A stretch of 63,177 nt of DNA, filler included, from Octopus bimaculoides (GCF_001194135.2; 6 parts of 4 records of this genome joined end to end with filler, not necessarily neighbours in it), one strand, 5' to 3'. Counted from the whole stretch's first letter, positions 39,943-54,510 are shown. Notes: generated by a model not told the origin, from the sequence alone. Program-made: numbers and translations.

Positions 39943-40259
39943 CTATATATACATACCTACATACACACATATTAGTATTTATTGTTATGTTGAGTTAAAA
40001 TAAAAGCAATTTTAACAAGAATACTATTAAGAACGGCTTCGAAGTTCCGCCCTGCGAAGCCATCATCCGCTTGTGAAGCATGTAGTTCATCTTAGCTTTT
40101 ATAGCATCTGATGAGATAAAAATTGTTTTTTTTTTGGGGGGGGGGGGTATTTGAATGCTATTTAGATTGTAGTGTTGGTTGTGAAGGAGATATGTTTTGG
40201 AGAATTTTTTATTGATATATTTGCGATTATGTTCATGTTCAGAATTTTTCATGCGTATG

Positions 40260-40900
40260 GATCTTTGTAAACAGGTGTGAATATGTAGGTGTGTTAGCCT
40301 CCAGTTACGAGGCTGCTTTTTATTGGTTCAGCAAGGCGATGTCGTTTAATAGAGGAGCTTCTACGTCAGAGGATGTCTCATTAGGTTTAGTTATTTTTAG
40401 TTTATTGGATTTCGATGTTCCAAGTTATGTTCAGCATTGAAAATCTTAGTAATTGAGTGTGTCAACCTTTTTGTAATGGAAGTTTTGAGGGATAACAAAA
40501 TAATGTAAGTAGGTGGCTTGTTTTAGCTGCTAAATAAGTTTCTGTCGGTTTTTGTTGATATCATTTAGAGAATTACTTGTTTGTATTTGGAAGGTGGACG
40601 TTATTAGTCGAACATGTCGTGGTGCTGTTACAGCAGGATTTTGTTCAATTTTGTTTAAATGTTCACAACAGGATGTGGTTAGGTGTAAAGGTTGTTAGTT
40701 GTATAATTTAATCTATGGGTTTATTGTTCTATAAGCAATTTTGTTAACATGTAGTAAGGAATTTCAACCATGTTTCGTGGTCTGCTACCACAACAGCTCC
40801 ATTACAGGATCCAGTTAGCTCAAGACATCATCAGGAGGAACCACGTCCGGTTTCGGCCCCTACTCCTCTACCGTTTTGATATCCAAAAGCTGAAAAGTAT
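40260..40900 (-). mobile_element. Decayed Penelope-like element with hammerhead-like motif at 40760-40840
   Basis: KTDRNLFSS..PPTY (cf. KPTD..YL..SS.HP); CUGAUGA...AGACCAC-GAAAC-AUG-GUU; second GAAACCGGAC at about 40845. Confidence 0.35.
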
Positions 40901-41761
40901 ATGTGAATATACTTATATACTTCAGAAATATCTTGAACATCACAGTGAAGATGGTAATGCTGAACTGGTTCGTATAAAACGTCTCTCCATAGCTTGTGTC
41001 TTTGGCGAAGCTGCAACTAAAGGTTAAGTATAGAACATGGTTGGGCTTCATGGCATCGATAATTGTGCCAAACACTCATAGCACTGTACCAGTTCGACAT
41101 TGGTAGCAAAAGAAAACCCAGGTATTCTAATGTAGATAAAGGACAGGCATATGCCACAGTCGGACGTCTCTGAGCGTTGACGAAATCTGTATGAATATTG
41201 ACCACTGGTTAACTGTGAAATCAAGTTTATGGACAGCTTCCATAAATCTTAACACTAGAGTATTACAAGTGGCAGTTTCGGTAGGGGTGGGTGGGCCATT
41301 ATCTGATGACAATAGCAAAAGAGTTCGTGTGAGGAATTCCTCGGAAATGAAATTCCTCTGAAAGACAAAAATTTTCTTCTGCCAAGCTCACATAAACTTC
41401 AGATACCCCTTGGAGGAAAATTCAGAGTAGAGCAGGTGCTTCCTTCATAAATATCTACGATGTAGGTGAGTGGAGAGCCTGACAGAGATTGTGAGGCTCA
41501 TCCCCAACATGCTTTTCTACGTAAAAGGAAAGGGACTCGAACAGGTTACTATTGATTCTTGGATGGGACAGATGAACATATGCGCTAACAGAACACAGGT
41601 TATCCGATGCCAATGTCCACAAGTTAAAGAGTCTCACTCTTAAATTTAAACCAGTGGAATCTTTATAACATGAAATAAGATTTTACATCTTGTGGTGAAA
41701 TTATAATTCAATCTATATTAAATTTCACATTGCACACATACTATATATATCCACTGTGCAG

Positions 41762-41847
<86 letters not shown>

Positions 41848-43694
41848 AACCTTATTCTCCTTTCATACAAAATATGAAATTATATATTTGATATAAACTT
41901 CACTTATCTCTATTAATATTTCCTCTTCATTAGTTTGCAGGGACTTAAAGCTTAGTTCCCCTCCTTTTAAGATAATATATGTTCTTAATGCTAACCACTG
42001 AGTAGATTTAATAGAATCATTGAAGGATTTATCACTCTTTATATAACTATTGGCGTACAACGAGCTTAAAGACATTCGACGAACGACCTTACTGAAAGGG
42101 AAAGATGGAGGGAGGGAAAGAGAAGGGAATGCAGAGAGGAAACAGGAGCAGTCCAAAATCGTTGTTCAGGTATCCTTGGTGTACAAGTGAGTAAAATTGC
42201 TTATATTTTACTCGACAGTATGAATGAACTAAATTTAATTAATCATTGAAAATGTTACACGTCATATAATCTAACTCTGAATATACCGCATTACGTCAGC
42301 CTGGTTTCCGTAGTGATTACAACTGTAACATTTTCTTTAGCAAGTTGAAATACACAGATCGATATGCCATACGTTCTACATATCATATAATACACTTGGA
42401 TTATTAAATGCCGAATGTTCAGCTAAAGACGATTTGCTCTGAATAACGTATGCTATATATGATACGGTATTTTTACAGCATCAACTGTCTATTTTCTAGG
42501 GCTTCTTCGCTTCAATGTATTCGGAAGAAGAACCTAAGAAGACATTTATTTCAATAACAAAAATTCAATGTATAATAAAATTACATAGAGAAGTTAATAA
42601 GTACAATTTATTGCGTGTGGACGGCATTTCGTGTAATTTAAACTTTAAAGTGTTTCAACTTCTGCTTGCAGGGAAATATTCCACTTGCGTTGTTCGCTGT
42701 ATATCTCGGTAAGAACGTTGAATGCTAAGTATCATCAACACGGTAAAACAGCCATGTTAAAACTATATCTGAATAGTTTGTTTTTCTGTATTTGCTAAAA
42801 TATTATCATATATTGACAAATACCGTTTCTGAAGCGTATATTAGTTTCAGTCAAATAAATATGGCAATAGTGACTTAACAACAGAAAAAGGAATTTTGAA
42901 TGTGAAACAAAACGCATAACTGCAAAGCGACAAAACATTTCAGCTTATCGATTGATATGCAGACTTCAGTGACTAATATTCTGACAAATTAAACAAAAAA
43001 ACACCTTATAATTCACGGAAAGGTGAGACATTTTAATGTGGAAGATGTTTGAACATATATTTTAATTCAGTATTTTGGGGTTCTTTTTTTAATAAAACCA
43101 AAATTTAATATATTGGAAGTTAACATCATTTCTGGATAAGTGTTATATTCTGTGGCAAAGGAGCCGGAAAAAAAGTTTGGACGCAATTCATATACGACTA
43201 AAATCGGCCTACGATATATTTAAAAACAACAACAAAGAAGTTTTAGGAGAAAGTACCTGAAAAAGAATTGACGAACAGTCAATGTAGCAGTCATAAAACA
43301 TTTTAAAGGAAACTGAAATGTAGGACATTTGGATAAAGAAGACAGGAGGCTACAAAAGAAAAGGAACACGTTTTATAATTCAGATTTAGAATTCTGTGAA
43401 TTTCTCAGATTGTTGCTCTACACCAGTTNNNNNNNNNNNNNNNNNNNNNNNNNNNNNNNNNNNNNNNNNNNNNNNNNNNNNNNNNNNNNNNNNNNNNNNN
43501 NNNNNNNNNNNNNNNNNNNNNNNNNNNNNNNNNNNNNNNNNNNNNNNNNNNNNNNNNNNNNNNNNNATTCAGATGATGAATATGGTACTTAAGTTGAAGC
43601 ACTAGAATTTAGTAAGGTATTATTCATACAATTTCAAAATAATGTGATTAGAATAAAATAAGCAACAAGGATATCCAGAAGTAAAGCAATATAA

Positions 43695-43929
43695 AAGGCG
43701 GCGAGCTGGCAGAAGCGCTAGCACGCCGGGCGAAATGCTTAGCGGTATTTCGTCTGCCGCTACGTTCTGAGTTCAAATTCCGCCCAGGTCGACTTTGCCT
43801 TTCATCCTTTCGGGGTGGATAAATTAAGTACCAGTTACGCACTGGGGTCGATGTAATCGACTTAATCCGTTTGTCTATCCTTGTTTGTCCCCACTATGTT
43901 TAGCCCCTTGTGGGCAATCAAGAAATAAG
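43695..43929 (+). mobile_element. SINE family C, full length, little diverged
   Basis: Best-preserved C copy; the ORF 43648..43842 is its antisense. Confidence 0.9.
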
Positions 43930-46710
43930 TCGTAAAGCAATACGATCGTTTCAAGCAACTCCATTTAATTGAACAATGCAACCATTACATGAATTTAAAT
44001 ACAGAGCAATCCTCAGCTGCACAAAGACATAGAATTTAATTAGATTAAATCAGATGGACACATTAGTATAATTTTGCCTGAAATCTCCAAGAAGTTAAGG
44101 AGATAGACAAAGAACATGCTGCCTTCACTTCCACTTAGAACCTACTAAATTATCAGGAAGAAAGAACTTGTTACAGATCTTGCTTGTTACTTTTATATGG
44201 GGTCAGTTTAATTTATAGACTAGTTTTATCAAATCCTTCTATATGTAAGGCCGAATCTGTTAGGGGTAGGGCTGAGGGAGTCGACAGAAATGATAGTGGG
44301 TATAGTCATAAAAATCAAGATTTATTTGAAGCAATATCATGGGATTTGGTAAAGGAAAATTTAAATCGAGATGTTAGCCGACAATTAAGGGGGCTGGCCA
44401 CTAGCAGACCATTGATAATGAAACAGGGGAAATCTTATCATGTAGTACTATAGTTAAATATTTTAAGCAATACTCCTATATTGTATAAAGTTAAGGTTTA
44501 GGGTTATTCAGAGGATTATTAAGAAGAAGAATTATAACAAAAGGATAAAATGTTTTATGAATACTTTTGAATATATACCAAATTTTACCACAATAGAGGG
44601 AGGAAAAGAAAATTATTCAGAAATAATTTAATATGTATACATATTATAAACTTAAATACTAACTAATCAGATGGTATCAGTGAATATTGATCAATTGGTA
44701 TAAACTGGTATTTAATAAAGGAGTACTGAGGTAAAAGAACATGCTAACTATATATTGATTTAATTATAATCCAAGCAGTTTATTTTAAGTAGTGAATATA
44801 CCTGTATTATTATATATAAGGTAAGTATGAATTGATAGAGGTATAAATATTAGATTTATTTTATAAATAAATAAATAAAGGGTATTATAAAATAATAAAG
44901 AAATAAAATAATGAGATAATCTAGAATATATATATATATGCGTGTGTGTGTGTGTGTGTGTGTGTGGATCATTAACTGCGTTTTGAAAGTGTTATGGATC
45001 CCAGGATACACTTTAGGGAAGGAATAATGTCATGTAATCATACATTTGATGACACTCATCATTTCCCACGTCATTTGTTCCTTGCTCGCTTACTAATAGT
45101 GTGTGTTTCTTACGCGCCCTTTTGATTGAAATATGTTTTTATTCGAAGAATCTGATTTTCTGTAAGAATGGTTTGAGAATCCAGTTCCCATTCGTCGTAT
45201 TGAGTGCGCTTTACTATGACGCCAGCAAGAGAATATATTAACTTCACTATATCACAGTCATAATATGAAATCCGTTTCTGTGAAGCCTAGAAGATTAGAA
45301 AACAAATTGTCTTTCTACTTGTCTCCAATCCTATGATGGAAAGTTGAAGGCGTGTGTGAAAGAAAAAGCAAGAGATATTTGAGAGTCATTGAGAAATGGG
45401 ATGAGAGAATAGGAGCTGAAGAAAAGAAATGGAAAGGGGACTGTGATAACTGCATGTTTGTTGTTGCTAAGGAAACTGTATAAGTAGTGCCACGCACCAA
45501 TAACAAGATGTATCTTGAACATATTATCAACAACATGTCATATATTTAGTAAACTTCATTGAAGAAGTAACTGGCGACAGAGAAAGGTGGCTAGCATAAT
45601 GAATCTAACAGTAGTGGGTACTATATAAGGATCAATCGCATGTCATAGAGCGTTATGCAGTCTGATATTGATTAAAGACTGATAATTAGTGTTAATGTAG
45701 GGGCTTCAGCACCGGGAATCCTTATATAGTCTTTCGCTACGCAGGTGGTGTGATGCAGGGAACTGGAGGAAGATTGGAGTCATACCACCGTGCTTTCTGT
45801 AGTCGATCCTTTAAAAGGATTATAACGCGTCAGAGATTCAGTCATATAATATTATACCTACAGTCGATTTCGCCATTTCTTTAATGGCCGTTTAATCCAA
45901 GCTTGCGTCGGCCGCCGAGGTTTTCTATAGTATCGTGAGTTACATATCAACAAAATTCTATAACATCTTCGATGTGATATGGAACTTCTTCCGAATAGCC
46001 TTCATTGCCTCGTTCCACGTTTTCTTCTGTTCATCACTTCCACATGTTCCAGTTCCATCCACTTCTATGTACATTTATCACCATTCATACTTCTACCATA
46101 ATGCTAGCAACGCACTATTTCGCAGTGCATCTGCATCTACTGGTGTCCAACATTTTTCCCGTCTCATTTTTATCTCTAGCATATATGCTGACATAACACA
46201 TACAGTGAAACGTTCTAGTTTCGTTTCATTTAATAATCTCAAAGTTTCCATATGAACAGCATATGCAATTCTTGCAGAAATTACCATGTAGTCGGATACA
46301 GAAAATGTGTGATCATACTCATCGTCTTTAGAGCATCAAACTCCGCTGTTAACTTCGTACAAAGGTAACAATATTATCAACTACTCTCGGTGACTCTTCT
46401 GAGCGTCTGAAGCGAACACTTTCACATCTAATAATTTTACTGCTAATGATTTCTGTGACTCCTTTATAGGAAAGCTATCATTTTTTCTCTCGAACTTTCT
46501 GTAACACCACTATGATTCTTGCGCGAGCAAATGCACTGGGTACATCTAATAACACATGAGATCTTAAAAATATTGACGTGGTTAATTTAACTAATTCTGT
46601 CTTAATACATTTATGAAATACAGTAACTATACGTCTTTACGTATCCAAAGAAAGTAGCTAATTCCTCTTAAAGATTATTACTTCTAATGTTTTATGATTA
46701 TATGTTGTTG

Positions 46711-46782
<72 letters not shown>

Positions 46783-46849
46783 GTATACATATACAAATAT
46801 ATATCCACACACACACATACACACACTCACTCATACACACATAATAATA

Positions 46850-47804
46850 CACAGATATCAAAGAAAGAAATAGACACGCCATAAAACATGCTTCTATGTC
46901 TATTCTAACTTGTAAAAGTTTATATATTCTTATTAATTGACATTTTTATGATTCAGGTTCGATATGTGGTTGTTTAATCATGCCATATACAAAAGAAGCC
47001 TTGAAACTGTTTGAATTTCAAAGAAGCCGTATTGTGGGTCATTCTGAAGGTGGACATATTCTACGTAAAATCGCAGAAAACCTTGGGATCCTGATTTCTC
47101 TAGTTAAAAGAGTGCAATCCACCAAAAAAGGAGAAGGAGTCCACATCACCTCATTCAGACCAACCAGGGCCTTCTGACGCGAAGCTTCACTTTGTTAAGA
47201 GAAGTGTGGCGGAAAATCCCCGTTGCAAGACCTCTGGCATAGTAGAACAAGTTGATATCAATCTCAGAACAGATGTCAGGTATTTCCCCAAACTGGTGGA
47301 GTGTGTGTGAAACATGTACTCAGATAAATATGTGTCCATATTGCAGAAATGACTCCTTCCAATCTTCTCCAGTGGTGAAATGATTAAAGAGGAGTCCTTA
47401 TTTATGGAAGATAAGGCTCCATGTCACACGGCTAAAATGACCCAAGATTTGTTGCATGAGAATGGCATTACAAAATATCCATGGCCGAGCCAGTCATCAG
47501 ATATGAACCCTATTGAACACCTCTGGAATATAATGGACAGGATACTTCATAAAAAAGAACAAGAGAGTATCTTCAAAGCCAGATATTCGGAGACTACTGC
47601 ATGAAACTTGCTTAGACAATATTTGTCATCTGGTCAGTAACATGCTGAGTAGGGTCCTTCCATTGAAAAAGGCAAAGGACATGTCTACTAAATATTAAAC
47701 ATTGATGTTATAATAATTAGTAGATAATTTGAATACATAATTTTAGATTTAAATAGATTTTAATGACTATAAGGGTGTCTATTTACTTCCGTCATGTCTT
47801 TGTG
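46850..47804 (+). mobile_element. Internally deleted Tc1 element with TIRs and TA TSD
   Basis: TA|CACAGATATCAAAGAAAGAAATAGACAC ... GTGTCTATTTACTTCCGTCATGTCTTTGTG|TA; N-terminal RSRIVGHSEGG...KIAENLG and C-terminal EDKAPCHTAK...WPSQSSDMNPIEHLW; first catalytic region missing. Confidence 0.88.
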
Positions 47805-49501
47805 TAATATATATATATATANNNNNNNNNNNNNNNNNNNNNNNNNNNNNNNNNNNNNNNNNNNNNNNNNNNNNNNNNNNNNNNNNNNNNNNNNNNNNNN
47901 NNNNNNNNNNNNNNNNNNNNNNNNNNNNNNNNNNNNNNNNNNNNNNNNNNNNNNNNNNNNNNNNNNNNNNNNNNNNNNNNNNNNNNNNNNNNNNNNNNNN
48001 NNNNNNNNNNNNNNNNNNNNNNNNNNNNNNNNNNNNNNNNNNNATAAATTTTTACTGCTACCACTTATTAAAAACGTTGTATAATTTCTTGTAGACATTT
48101 AAATTATACGTTGCTGTTTACAAGTGTTAATATATAATATACTCTTGCTAATTCTTGTAAAGCTAACTAATAATTATTCAATATTTACATATTTAATTTA
48201 ATGAGTCTTGCTTATTTCATGACTACGTATTTATAAATACGTATATCTTATTGATACATAGTTTTTAATTCATAGAAAGACGCCTAAATATTACACTGTT
48301 TTGTAGGTTGTCTTTCTTCTAAACATAAACAGTTTAACCATATATTTAAAATATTGACAGCATTTCTAGGCAACTTCTTGCAATTATTTTTCTATCATTG
48401 GATATTTCTTTCACGTCTTTTAAAAAAGACTCAATCATGAAATATATATTCTTATGTACCTTCTTACTAAATAATTCATTTTGTTTTCCAGTGCATACGT
48501 CCCGTACTACGCAGTTTTTATATAATCCACTTGAAATTTAATCGGAAAATATAAAAATAATAATAACCAATACTGGAAATCTTATGTGTTCAACAATATT
48601 ATTAGAATATCAATTTCAGGTTCCACGTTGAAATCTTCAAAATTATTGTCGTGCTTGTTAATAAAACATTATCTTGTGATTAAATTTTATTTTACATTAT
48701 TCGATTCCTATACTTATTTGTTGCCGTATATTTCACATACATGTGAGTTTATCGCAAAGTATTACTATGTAACCAAAATGCGATTTCTATACTAATGAGT
48801 TAGAAATATCAGGTTTTCAATCCTGTTTTCTTTTTATTATGTCTGAGGTATATATTTCGTAGAAGTACAAGAATATATTTGTTGCCACTAGTCTAATTTA
48901 AATTGTATTCGAGATTCTAATAAATCGCATAACATCACACAAGAAGAAATAAAATGAATGCATCTTTTTATTATGATATACAGTTTTGTTACATTTATAT
49001 GCATCACTGTATATTTAATATAACTCAAGTCAAATATGTTCATTGCACAGAATATTGTCGATATCTGATTAAAGGAATTGTTTTTTTCAAAATTAACACT
49101 AACTTGGTGGGGTTGGTTGGTTGGTTGGTAACCCCAATCAAGCTTTACATCATTTAGGCAGAGGGAAGATACTGAGAGTGTTAACAGAGCGGTGTGGGAT
49201 GCAATGCACATACTAAGGGTGGCGGTAAGCAATTAGTAAAAGTACCAGAGACACGATGAGAGGGACAGTATCTCAGAGATGGGTGGGTGAGGAGGAGTGC
49301 TTATAGGCGAGTTCATACACATGAGAAATAAATTGTTCTCCATAGACAAAATGCAACAGTGATGTATTATATTCATGTTGGAAGCGACTGGGACGTATTC
49401 AGTAATGAACACGTACGGCATTCAGTTCTATGTTTATGAGATGAGGAAGTGTATACATTATTTACATTTGACGGATATTTGTTCTCATCTTGTTTGTTGT
49501 T

Positions 49502-49547
49502 AATACAATGTTTCGGCTGATATACCCTCCAGCTTTCATCAGGTGTC
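49502..49547 (-). ncRNA. Decayed minimal hammerhead in SINE tail
   Basis: GACAC-CUGAUGA-AAGCUG-gaggguauau-CAGCC-GAAAC-AUU-GUAUU. Confidence 0.45.
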
Positions 49548-49611
49548 TTGGGGAAATTTCGAACCTAAGGTATTTTTCGATGCTGTTGTTGTTATTACTA
49601 TTATTATTGTT

Positions 49612-49819
49612 CAGTAGTTTTATTTTTATAACGTGCTTTCACTTCACTACCGAGCGCAGCTCTATGCGCCTTGGGTATGTGCTGTTGTTTGCTGTGGTGC
49701 TCTTATGGTTACTGTATTGAAAGTGTTTTGCGTAGGATGTGTGCAGTGCCCAGTAGTGCAATTTTCTGTATGTTATATATATTTGTAAGTCCTGGTGTTT
49801 TTGTTATGCATTTGTCAGA
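49612..49819 (-). pseudogene. R4/Dong-like LINE 3' end
   Basis: SDKCITKTPGLTNIYNIQKIALLGTAHILRKTLSIQ*, then 3' UTR and AAT-type tail. Confidence 0.75.
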
Positions 49820-50819
49820 NNNNNNNNNNNNNNNNNNNNNNNNNNNNNNNNNNNNNNNNNNNNNNNNNNNNNNNNNNNNNNNNNNNNNNNNNNNNNNNNN
49901 NNNNNNNNNNNNNNNNNNNNNNNNNNNNNNNNNNNNNNNNNNNNNNNNNNNNNNNNNNNNNNNNNNNNNNNNNNNNNNNNNNNNNNNNNNNNNNNNNNNN
50001 NNNNNNNNNNNNNNNNNNNNNNNNNNNNNNNNNNNNNNNNNNNNNNNNNNNNNNNNNNNNNNNNNNNNNNNNNNNNNNNNNNNNNNNNNNNNNNNNNNNN
50101 NNNNNNNNNNNNNNNNNNNNNNNNNNNNNNNNNNNNNNNNNNNNNNNNNNNNNNNNNNNNNNNNNNNNNNNNNNNNNNNNNNNNNNNNNNNNNNNNNNNN
50201 NNNNNNNNNNNNNNNNNNNNNNNNNNNNNNNNNNNNNNNNNNNNNNNNNNNNNNNNNNNNNNNNNNNNNNNNNNNNNNNNNNNNNNNNNNNNNNNNNNNN
50301 NNNNNNNNNNNNNNNNNNNNNNNNNNNNNNNNNNNNNNNNNNNNNNNNNNNNNNNNNNNNNNNNNNNNNNNNNNNNNNNNNNNNNNNNNNNNNNNNNNNN
50401 NNNNNNNNNNNNNNNNNNNNNNNNNNNNNNNNNNNNNNNNNNNNNNNNNNNNNNNNNNNNNNNNNNNNNNNNNNNNNNNNNNNNNNNNNNNNNNNNNNNN
50501 NNNNNNNNNNNNNNNNNNNNNNNNNNNNNNNNNNNNNNNNNNNNNNNNNNNNNNNNNNNNNNNNNNNNNNNNNNNNNNNNNNNNNNNNNNNNNNNNNNNN
50601 NNNNNNNNNNNNNNNNNNNNNNNNNNNNNNNNNNNNNNNNNNNNNNNNNNNNNNNNNNNNNNNNNNNNNNNNNNNNNNNNNNNNNNNNNNNNNNNNNNNN
50701 NNNNNNNNNNNNNNNNNNNNNNNNNNNNNNNNNNNNNNNNNNNNNNNNNNNNNNNNNGGTCATCTATATATAAAAGGTGGCTGACTGTTTTCCCGTAGCA
50801 TTTGTAACCGCATCCAGTT

Positions 50820-50962
<143 letters not shown>

Positions 50963-51030
50963 TGGGTCACTGCCTGGAATCGAACTTGGAATCTTGGGAT
51001 TAGTGGCCCGTACTCTTAACTACTACGCCA

Positions 51031-51176
51031 TAACATCGAAAAATACCTTAGGAATGAGAACCCAGGTTCGAAATTTCGCCAAGACACCTGATGGAGGGTG
51101 GAGGGTAGATCGGCCGAAACGTTGAGTGAACAACAAACAAGATGAGGCCAAATATCCATCAAATGTAAATAATGTA
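51031..51176 (+). mobile_element. Second, inverted copy of the hammerhead-bearing tail (motif at 51083-51128)
   Basis: Reverse complement of 49454-49585; GACAC-CUGAUGG-AGGGUG-gaggguagau-CGGCC-GAAAC-GUU-GAGUG. Confidence 0.75.
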
Positions 51177-51354
51177 TGAAATTGTTTTGTATTATTCCAT
51201 TTCATTTTATGGTAATAAATATGTTTATAAATGAGTATTGATCTGATCATTTTGAAGAAGCATCAACTTATTTTACAATCTTACAACATAATTATCGTAT
51301 GTAAGCCACCTTTTCTAATATTACCCATGGTATCAGAAGTATTCTTCTATACTT

Positions 51355-51840
51355 ACGAAGTAGAGGCAATCGTTGTGCACAACTGACGCCACCTTGTTGC
51401 CAGTTCTTTGATCCCACGCTTATGCCAGTTCTATCCATTCGAGGCGTAGAACTCCTTAACTACAGCTTCCACCTCGTCTTAGTTCATGAGGTGTTTGCGA
51501 ACGCAGGAAGTAAGCTATTAAGCGAAACATGTAATACTCCGAAGGAGCCAGGTCTTGATTACATACTGCGCATGTCATCAGTTCGATACTCTCCAGTTTC
51601 TGGAGTGGTATGCAGTCCTGCGTTGTTTTGCTACAGGAAGGCTTGTTTTCTGATAAACATCACTGGATATTTTTGCCGCACAATAGTATTCATCTGCTCC
51701 AGTTGTTTGAAGTACAGGTTGGTATCAATGGTTCCACCTTCCAGTACGAACTCTTAGTGAATTATTCCTTCGTAATTCCACCAGATGTAGAGCATCACAT
51801 GGTATTCGAAACATCCATGTTTGCCGACGTATTCCAGACG
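51355..51840 (-). pseudogene. mariner transposase catalytic/C-terminal remnant
   Basis: MLYIWWNYEGIIH*EFVLEGGTIDTNLYFKQLEQM...QNNAGLHT; frameshifted C-terminus. Confidence 0.85.
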
Positions 51841-52665
51841 TTAGCCATTGTTTAACTAATTCTTATGTATGTTAGGATTACTGAAAAATATATTTCTCGG
51901 ATTAATACTTGTTCCGTTCCTTAGAATATGTGCTATTCTCTCAATGCTTCATCAACCAATATGGAGTGAAGGAGTTCTTCCCCTCGAAGGAGAGAAAGGA
52001 TAGTTCAAAGGGTACAACCCGATGGTCTCTGGTTTGAATGCAAGGCTGCTTTTCTTACAAATAGACGGATCGAGCAAATAATTTACCAAAATATAGCATA
52101 ACTTTTGACTCAACGCATCACATACATCAACATAAATTTAACCATTTCTAATTTTATAGTCTGTCAATAAAGGTACCCCAGTAATAATAATTGAAGCCAT
52201 CTCGCTTATCTCGAAATTTTATGTAGATCAATAATTTCTGTGATGAAAACGCAGGTCGAAATGAAGTGCTTATAAAAGCACAAACATACACACATAGACA
52301 CACATAGACACACATATTTATATACATTTATATGAGTAATTATTATACGCTACTGGACAATTCCTTGCTTAAGATGGTTATCACGTATGTCTCGTACTTA
52401 CAAAATAAACAGATCTAGTTTTACGTAAATGATATGTTAATTTCGAAAACTCTCTATTTCTTTTAGATGATACGGCCTGCTCAACTGCAAGTAGAAGCAA
52501 TCGATCTATGCAAGTGTTTGCATATTCTCGTAGAAAACCTGACAGATATAAGGCAAGAACTGCCCATGTCTGTTATTTATCATATGCTTTTCGATTTTGT
52601 TGCATAAATTTGAACTATTACACAATCTGGGTTAATGTGTTTCTACAATTTTTCGTATGCATCTC

Positions 52666-52872
52666 CAGTAATTCTTTGACTATCGTAGGTGTTACGTTTC
52701 AAAACCTCCCACAGAAATAATGAAAATATGAAAAAAATATTAATACTTATCGGCCACAGAAACCCGCAATGTAGAGAGGATTCCGCGATATAGATGTACA
52801 TATATTAGCCAGAAAAATCCGAGAGGTACTAAGTGTTCGATATGCGAATTGTTATATGGCGAGGGATTACTG
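52666..52872. mobile_element. Tigger-like MITE
   Basis: CAGTAATTC... / ...GGCGAGGGATTACTG|TA termini. Confidence 0.65.
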
Positions 52873-53784
52873 TACACACGGGTGAGTGTATATGTGTGCA
52901 TGCGTGTATGTGTTTATGTGTATGTATATGTATATACATTCGTGCATGCTTACCTGGAAGCATATCCTTATTACTTGTATATGCTTGCGTATGTTTTAAG
53001 GCATATTCGCATCTAATTCCCATAAGGCACAGAAAATATAAGTAACCTTAATAACTACATGTTTTCAATAGGTACTAGCCATTCTGAAGTTGTTGTTAAT
53101 ATATTGTTATGCTGGCCTAGAGCAGAAAAATATAAAGAAAACATATGATGTTTTGTGGCCTGGATGGACACACACCACGGGAGGTTATACGAGCTTTATA
53201 CTGTACTCTACCCCAAATATGATACGACTATATATATGAGTATATAAATATATATATATATATATATANNNNNNNNNNNNNNNNNNNNNNNNNNNNNNNN
53301 NNNNNNNNNNNNTTAATTAATTAANNNNNNNNNNNNNNNNNNNNNNNNNNNNNNNNNNNNNNNNNNNNGGGGTCTATTTTTGTGTGGGTTGATTTTGTTG
53401 TTGGTGGTGTTGGTGCTGTTTCGTGACAGTTGGGATGTGGTGTTTTGGTTTTTGGGGGTGGGGTGGGAGTCTTTTTCGTGTTCCCTTCTTGTGGGGTTGT
53501 TGTTGTTGGTGTTGGTGGTGGTGATGGTGCTGATTCTGTTCTTGGTGGTACTGGTGGTGTTTTTGTTTGGTTCGGCTGTGTTGCTGGCTGCTGGCGTTTT
53601 TCCATTTCCTTTGCAAAAGGTTGGTTGAATTTACTTGTCATACACGAGGATTTAATTCTGATATGTATTCCACTTACATTTACTGGTGCCTAATTGGTGA
53701 ATATTGGTAATCAAATTCTTTTTAATTCTGAGTGGTATATTGATATCAGGCAGTCTTTTTTAAATCCATTTTTTCTTGTATATA

Positions 53785-53816
<32 letters not shown>

Positions 53817-54462
53817 NNNNNNNNNNNNNNNNNNNNNNNNNNNNNNNNNNNNNNNNNNNNNNNNNNNNNNNNNNNNNNNNNNNNNNNNNNNNNNNNNNNN
53901 NNNNNNNNNNNNNNNNNNNNNNNNNNNNNNNNNNNNNNNNNNNNNNNNNNNNNNNNNNNNNNNNNNNNNNNNNNNNNNNNNNNNNNNNNNNNNNNNNNNN
54001 NNNNNNNNNNNNNNNNNNNNNNNNNNNNNNNNNNNNNNNNNNNNNNNNNNNNNNNNNNNNNNNNNNNNNNNNNNNNNNNNNNNNNNNNNNNNNNNNNNNN
54101 NNNNNNNNNNNNNNNNNNNNNNNNNNNNNNNNNNNNNNNNNNNNNNNNNNNNNNNNNNNNNNNNNNNNNNNNNNNNNNNNNNNNNNNNNNNNNNNNNNNN
54201 NNNNNNNNNNNNNNNNNNNNNNNNNNNNNNNNNNNNNNNNNNNNNNNNNNNNNNNNNNNNNNNNNNNNNNNNNNNNNNNNNTATATATATATAAACCTAG
54301 GTATAAACGTTACCAGCCGCTCGTTGTTGTATTGAGGCGGGCTATAGTTTTTACTGTTTGAGACCTGCTGCTATGTATATTCATGTAATTAAGATAACTA
54401 TTTCAATTGATCGATTGTGTTGCCGATAATGTTGACAAATATTAGGATAAAAATATGTTGAC

Positions 54463-54463
54463 G

Positions 54464-54510
<47 letters not shown>

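Noticed and set aside
45935-46290. Possible RTE endonuclease remnant (TVCVMSAY)
   Set aside because: Too decayed to support by eye.
53349-53641. Pro/Thr-rich mucin-like ORF
   Set aside because: G/T low-complexity sequence at a gap edge, probably degenerate (GTT/GGT)n or a poor-quality read end.
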